A stretch of DNA of 45,938 nt, from the IMG/VR virus record IMGVR_UViG_3300004481_000261, positions 1 through 45,938 of that record; one strand, given 5' to 3'. Positions within the stretch are counted from its first letter, which is position 1. Every line of letters begins with the position of its first letter. The notes under the pieces were generated by a model. That model was not told the origin of the DNA, searched no databases, and saw nothing but the letters and a program-made list of their open reading frames with translations. Source of the DNA: a virus. Both the position numbers and the translations under genes were made by a program. Positions 43,257 through 45,938 of the stretch are shown in pieces.

Positions 43257-43543
43257 AATTGTTTATAGTTAGTTAGTAAGTGAACCTCAACTTTCAATGG
43301 ATTGTCATAGAGCTCTGAATTGGTGAGCTGGAGGAGGTGATACCCATTCTCCAAGATCTGACGATTTTTGTCAGCATCCTGGGAATGATTACCAATCTCT
43401 ATCGCAACACTGCCAATGAGAAAATCTATTTCCCTTCCACCTATTTTCACTTTAGTCTCAAAAGGAATTTTGTTCCTCTTAAGTATTTCCCAGAAGATTC
43501 TTTCTGGTTTCGTAAAGTGCTTTTTGTTAAGGATTTTTCTCAT
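43238..43543 (-). CDS. DUF559 / Vsr-like PD-(D/E)XK endonuclease-fold protein
   Basis: ERIFWEILKRNKIPFETKVKIGGREIDFLIGSVAIEIGNHS...NRQILENGYHLLQLTNSEL follows the DUF559 pattern (e..lw..L......f.rq..ig.y.vDF.....lvvEvDG..H...D..R...L...G..vlRf.n.ev). Confidence 0.6.
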   Translation of the reverse strand: MRKILNKKHFTKPERIFWEILKRNKIPFETKVKIGGREIDFLIGSVAIEIGNHSQDADKNRQILENGYHLLQLTNSELYDNPLKVEVHLLTNYKQLCLKHV

Positions 43544-43584
43544 TGCCTGTAGTTCGTATCGTGGAGAATAAGAATACGAATATG

Positions 43585-43611
43585 TTGGGGAGGTTTTTAA
43601 AGAACCCCCAA
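43585..43611. terminator. Hairpin downstream of the capsid gene (possible terminator or attenuator)
   Basis: TTGGGG (43585-90) pairs with CCCCAA (43606-11). T/A runs lie on both sides. Confidence 0.35.
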
Positions 43612-43623
43612 AACTTTTATCTA

Positions 43624-44619
43624 CTAGGCGTTAGCTCCTGTAGAACGAACGTGGTTACGAGAGTCATTGAATCCGTAAGCAAAGTCCATACCTGCTGAGT
43701 ACTTCATTTCCTTGTTATCGTAATCGATAAACTGAGGATCGAGAGTCAAAGGCATACCTTCCTTGTACTGGAGACCAAACTTTGGTGAAACCTTTGAAGA
43801 ATCAAAGGCACCCCAAACGATGTCAGAAGTAAAGTAAGGGTTTGCAACAATACTGAATGCAGTACTGATAGCACCATCGCGGTTTGCTGTGAGTGGATTT
43901 TCACCCTTAGCAATAGCTTTCAAAAGCTCCATAGCTTTGAAGTGTACTGATGAATTCTTCTTACAAAGAAGAGTATCAGGTGAGATGTCAAGGATTTCTC
44001 CTACACCACCCTTGATAGCGGTAGCTGTTTTAAGAGCTGCCTTCCATCCGTCGTAATCAAAGTCCATATTGACAGTAGTACCGTCAGAAACTGTGTTACT
44101 CCAGTTAGAACCACCGTCTTCACGTGTGTGAGCTGTAGACTGGAAAGCTACACCATCTCCACCTGTGTTTGTAACTGTATATGCAAACTTACCTGAAGTT
44201 TCTGTATAAGAAGTTGAGGTACCGTTGTTCCATACGTTAGCAAGAACAGTTTCACGGAAACGGATAGCATCGTTCTTGAGTTCTCTTACGAGAGCTTCAA
44301 GGCGACGTGTCTGAATACCGTAGCGCCACATTGGGCGAGTAATACGAAGCATACCTGAGAAGAAACTCTGAGTGTATGTTTTGTCAAATCCCTGATAAGG
44401 TGAATCAGCAGGAATGTTTCCGTTTTCAGGAATCTTTGAGAACGCACTAATAGAAGTGATTGACGAATCTTTTGTGATATAGTCAGGAACACTTTCTACG
44501 TAGTAGTACTGATTGTGATATTCCTCGAGATCGGCAGGAGACTTAATCCAGATTTCCTGAATGGAAAGGTCTGTCAAGTCTGATGCTGAGTCTAAGTCGA
44601 AAGGTACTTGTGTAGACAT
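43624..44619 (-). CDS. Major capsid protein (putative)
   Basis: 331-aa ORF downstream of the scaffold-like and small accessory genes and followed by a hairpin. The call rests on synteny and size only. Confidence 0.55.
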   Translation of the reverse strand: MSTQVPFDLDSASDLTDLSIQEIWIKSPADLEEYHNQYYYVESVPDYITKDSSITSISAFSKIPENGNIPADSPYQGFDKTYTQSFFSGMLRITRPMWRYGIQTRRLEALVRELKNDAIRFRETVLANVWNNGTSTSYTETSGKFAYTVTNTGGDGVAFQSTAHTREDGGSNWSNTVSDGTTVNMDFDYDGWKAALKTATAIKGGVGEILDISPDTLLCKKNSSVHFKAMELLKAIAKGENPLTANRDGAISTAFSIVANPYFTSDIVWGAFDSSKVSPKFGLQYKEGMPLTLDPQFIDYDNKEMKYSAGMDFAYGFNDSRNHVRSTGANA

Positions 44620-44633
44620 ATTAGTATATTAGA

Positions 44634-45074
44634 TTATGCGAGAGCCTGTCCAACCTTGACAATGTAACCGAAAAGTTTCTTGTCAGTTGTAGCTCCGACC
44701 ATTCTGAGTGCTACGAAGGTTGCGTTAACGTCTGATGAGTGAGTTGAAGTGTTGTTAAGAGTACGAGCATCTGTCCACAAATGAGCTTTGTTAAGCTGGT
44801 TTGCTGCAGTGTTATTCGTACAGTCAACAACTACATACATACCAAGGTGTACTGGCAAAACTCTGATATATGGTTCCGAAGCACCAGTTGTCTCAGTTTT
44901 TGTAGTAAGACCTTCGATGTTTGTACCATCACCGGTTGTTGCTGTTGCCTCTTTCAATTCACCAGTAGATGTGTCTCGATATACGAGTGAACCTGCAGTA
45001 AAAAGAGTAGAAGCATCGGCAAGCATTTCAACTGCTTCCACGTTTGGGGAGCTTGAAACTACTTTAATAGCCAT
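44634..45074 (-). CDS. Capsid accessory / decoration-like protein (putative)
   Basis: 146-aa beta-rich ORF between the scaffold and capsid genes, a position often held by DUF2190-like head proteins. Confidence 0.35.
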   Translation of the reverse strand: MAIKVVSSSPNVEAVEMLADASTLFTAGSLVYRDTSTGELKEATATTGDGTNIEGLTTKTETTGASEPYIRVLPVHLGMYVVVDCTNNTAANQLNKAHLWTDARTLNNTSTHSSDVNATFVALRMVGATTDKKLFGYIVKVGQALA

Positions 45075-45079
45075 AGTTG

Positions 45080-45763
45080 TTATTTTTTAATCTTGTAAAG
45101 TGCTTTGAGTTCAGTCATTCGAGTTTGGATTTGTTCACGAGTGAGTCTTGGGTACTTTGCTTGCAAAGATTCCATAGTCTCTTCGTCACCATCTCCTCCT
45201 GTCTTCTGACTTCCCCCGCCTAGACCGAGACGTTTCTTTGTCTCAATTTCAGCTCTTGCGCGAGCACTACCATCATCTCCTGGATTAAGTTCTTTGTAGA
45301 TCTTAGAAAGGAGGGAACGGTAACCCGCTAGAGATGTGGGTGACTTGTAAAGTTCAAATTGTTCCTTTACTTTTGCCCATTCTTCATCCTTGTCATACTT
45401 TGGGTATGTCTTAAGGAACTCATCAACTGCTTGTGCTTCTACATTTTTGACAGAGGCATTAAAGATTTCAGCCTTTTGAGCTTCCATCTCATCTTTGGTA
45501 ACAAACCCATTAGTTTTAGCCCAGGCATCCAATTTCTTTTGGTCTTCTGGGTTAAGTTTTACCTCTTTCTCATCTGTATCTACATCTTTTTTTGTAGCAA
45601 TAGCTTCTTCTAAGGTTTTAATCTTAGCGTTGGCTGCTTCTACAGCTGCTTTTGATGCTGCCGACTCACCTCTGTAAGTGGCTATTCCTTTATTGAGATT
45701 CTCAATTTGTTCTTGCAGTTTCTCAACTGATGGTGCTTCACCTGCTTTATCAATTTCTGACAT
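45080..45763 (-). CDS. Scaffolding protein (putative)
   Basis: 227 aa, rich in A/E/K and helical or coiled-coil. It lies immediately upstream of the capsid genes. Confidence 0.5.
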   Translation of the reverse strand: MSEIDKAGEAPSVEKLQEQIENLNKGIATYRGESAASKAAVEAANAKIKTLEEAIATKKDVDTDEKEVKLNPEDQKKLDAWAKTNGFVTKDEMEAQKAEIFNASVKNVEAQAVDEFLKTYPKYDKDEEWAKVKEQFELYKSPTSLAGYRSLLSKIYKELNPGDDGSARARAEIETKKRLGLGGGSQKTGGDGDEETMESLQAKYPRLTREQIQTRMTELKALYKIKK

Positions 45764-45868
45764 AATAGTATTTTAACAACTTTTTTATTACAGGGAGAGC
45801 GACCTCCCGGAAATACTAGTAAGCCCTTTCAGGTATAAGGGCTGAGTGTAGTAGACTAAACCTCCGCT

Positions 45869-45938
45869 AAGCAGCGATCTAACCAACTACATTCAGACCT
45901 TAACCAAGAAAAGCACTTTGTATTGTAATGAGCGTAGA
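45869..45938. repeat. Terminal direct repeat, right copy
   Basis: Identical to bases 1-70. Confidence 0.95.

Larger units (their letters stand above)
1..45938. mobile_element. Complete dsDNA tailed-phage genome (unique length 45,868 bp plus a 70-bp repeated end)
   Basis: Contains TerL, portal, scaffold, capsid, fibres, endolysin, PolB, helicase, SSB and RusA. The two ends are identical over 70 bp. Confidence 0.9.

Noticed and set aside
1-45938. CRISPR arrays, canonical tRNAs, rRNA, transposases and a lysogeny module
   Set aside because: I saw no regularly spaced repeats, no canonical tRNA, and no integrase or transposase motifs on either strand.

Overview
The window is a complete tailed-phage (Caudoviricetes) genome. 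Bases 1-70 recur exactly at 45869-45938, so the unique length is 45,868 bp, either a circular assembly or a short terminal redundancy. Genes are tightly packed, often with ATGA-type overlaps, in two divergent arms around an AT-rich control region (13908-14619). The leftward arm wraps through the terminal repeat. It carries a replication initiator and DnaB-like helicase, a terminator, then late genes: DNA-binding proteins, beta-helix tailspike, HExxH protein, TerL, portal, scaffold, major capsid, fibres, papain-like endolysin, large unknown virion proteins and a holin-like gene. The rightward arm carries small early genes, an annealing-protein/exonuclease/SSB module, a nucleotide and nucleotide-sugar enzyme cluster, family-B DNA polymerase, many mini-genes, a Ugd-like dehydrogenase, and HNH-like plus RusA nucleases. 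It ends in a tRNA-like cloverleaf and a bidirectional terminator. I recognise no integrase, repressor, CRISPR array, tail tube, sheath or tape measure, which suggests a virulent, podovirus-like phage (inference). Start codons lack Shine-Dalgarno sequences and one clear TTTG / TAnnTTTG promoter is present, which points to a Bacteroidota host (inference). The most interesting signal is at 17812-22569, with 27214-28062. There, an NTP pyrophosphatase, a dNMP-kinase-like protein, a divergent ThyX-like protein and a miniature ThyA-like protein are interleaved with Glf-like, SDR and Ugd-like sugar-nucleotide enzymes. This looks like a candidate pathway for a non-canonical, possibly glycosylated, pyrimidine in phage DNA. 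All family calls come from motifs read by eye and need profile or structure searches.
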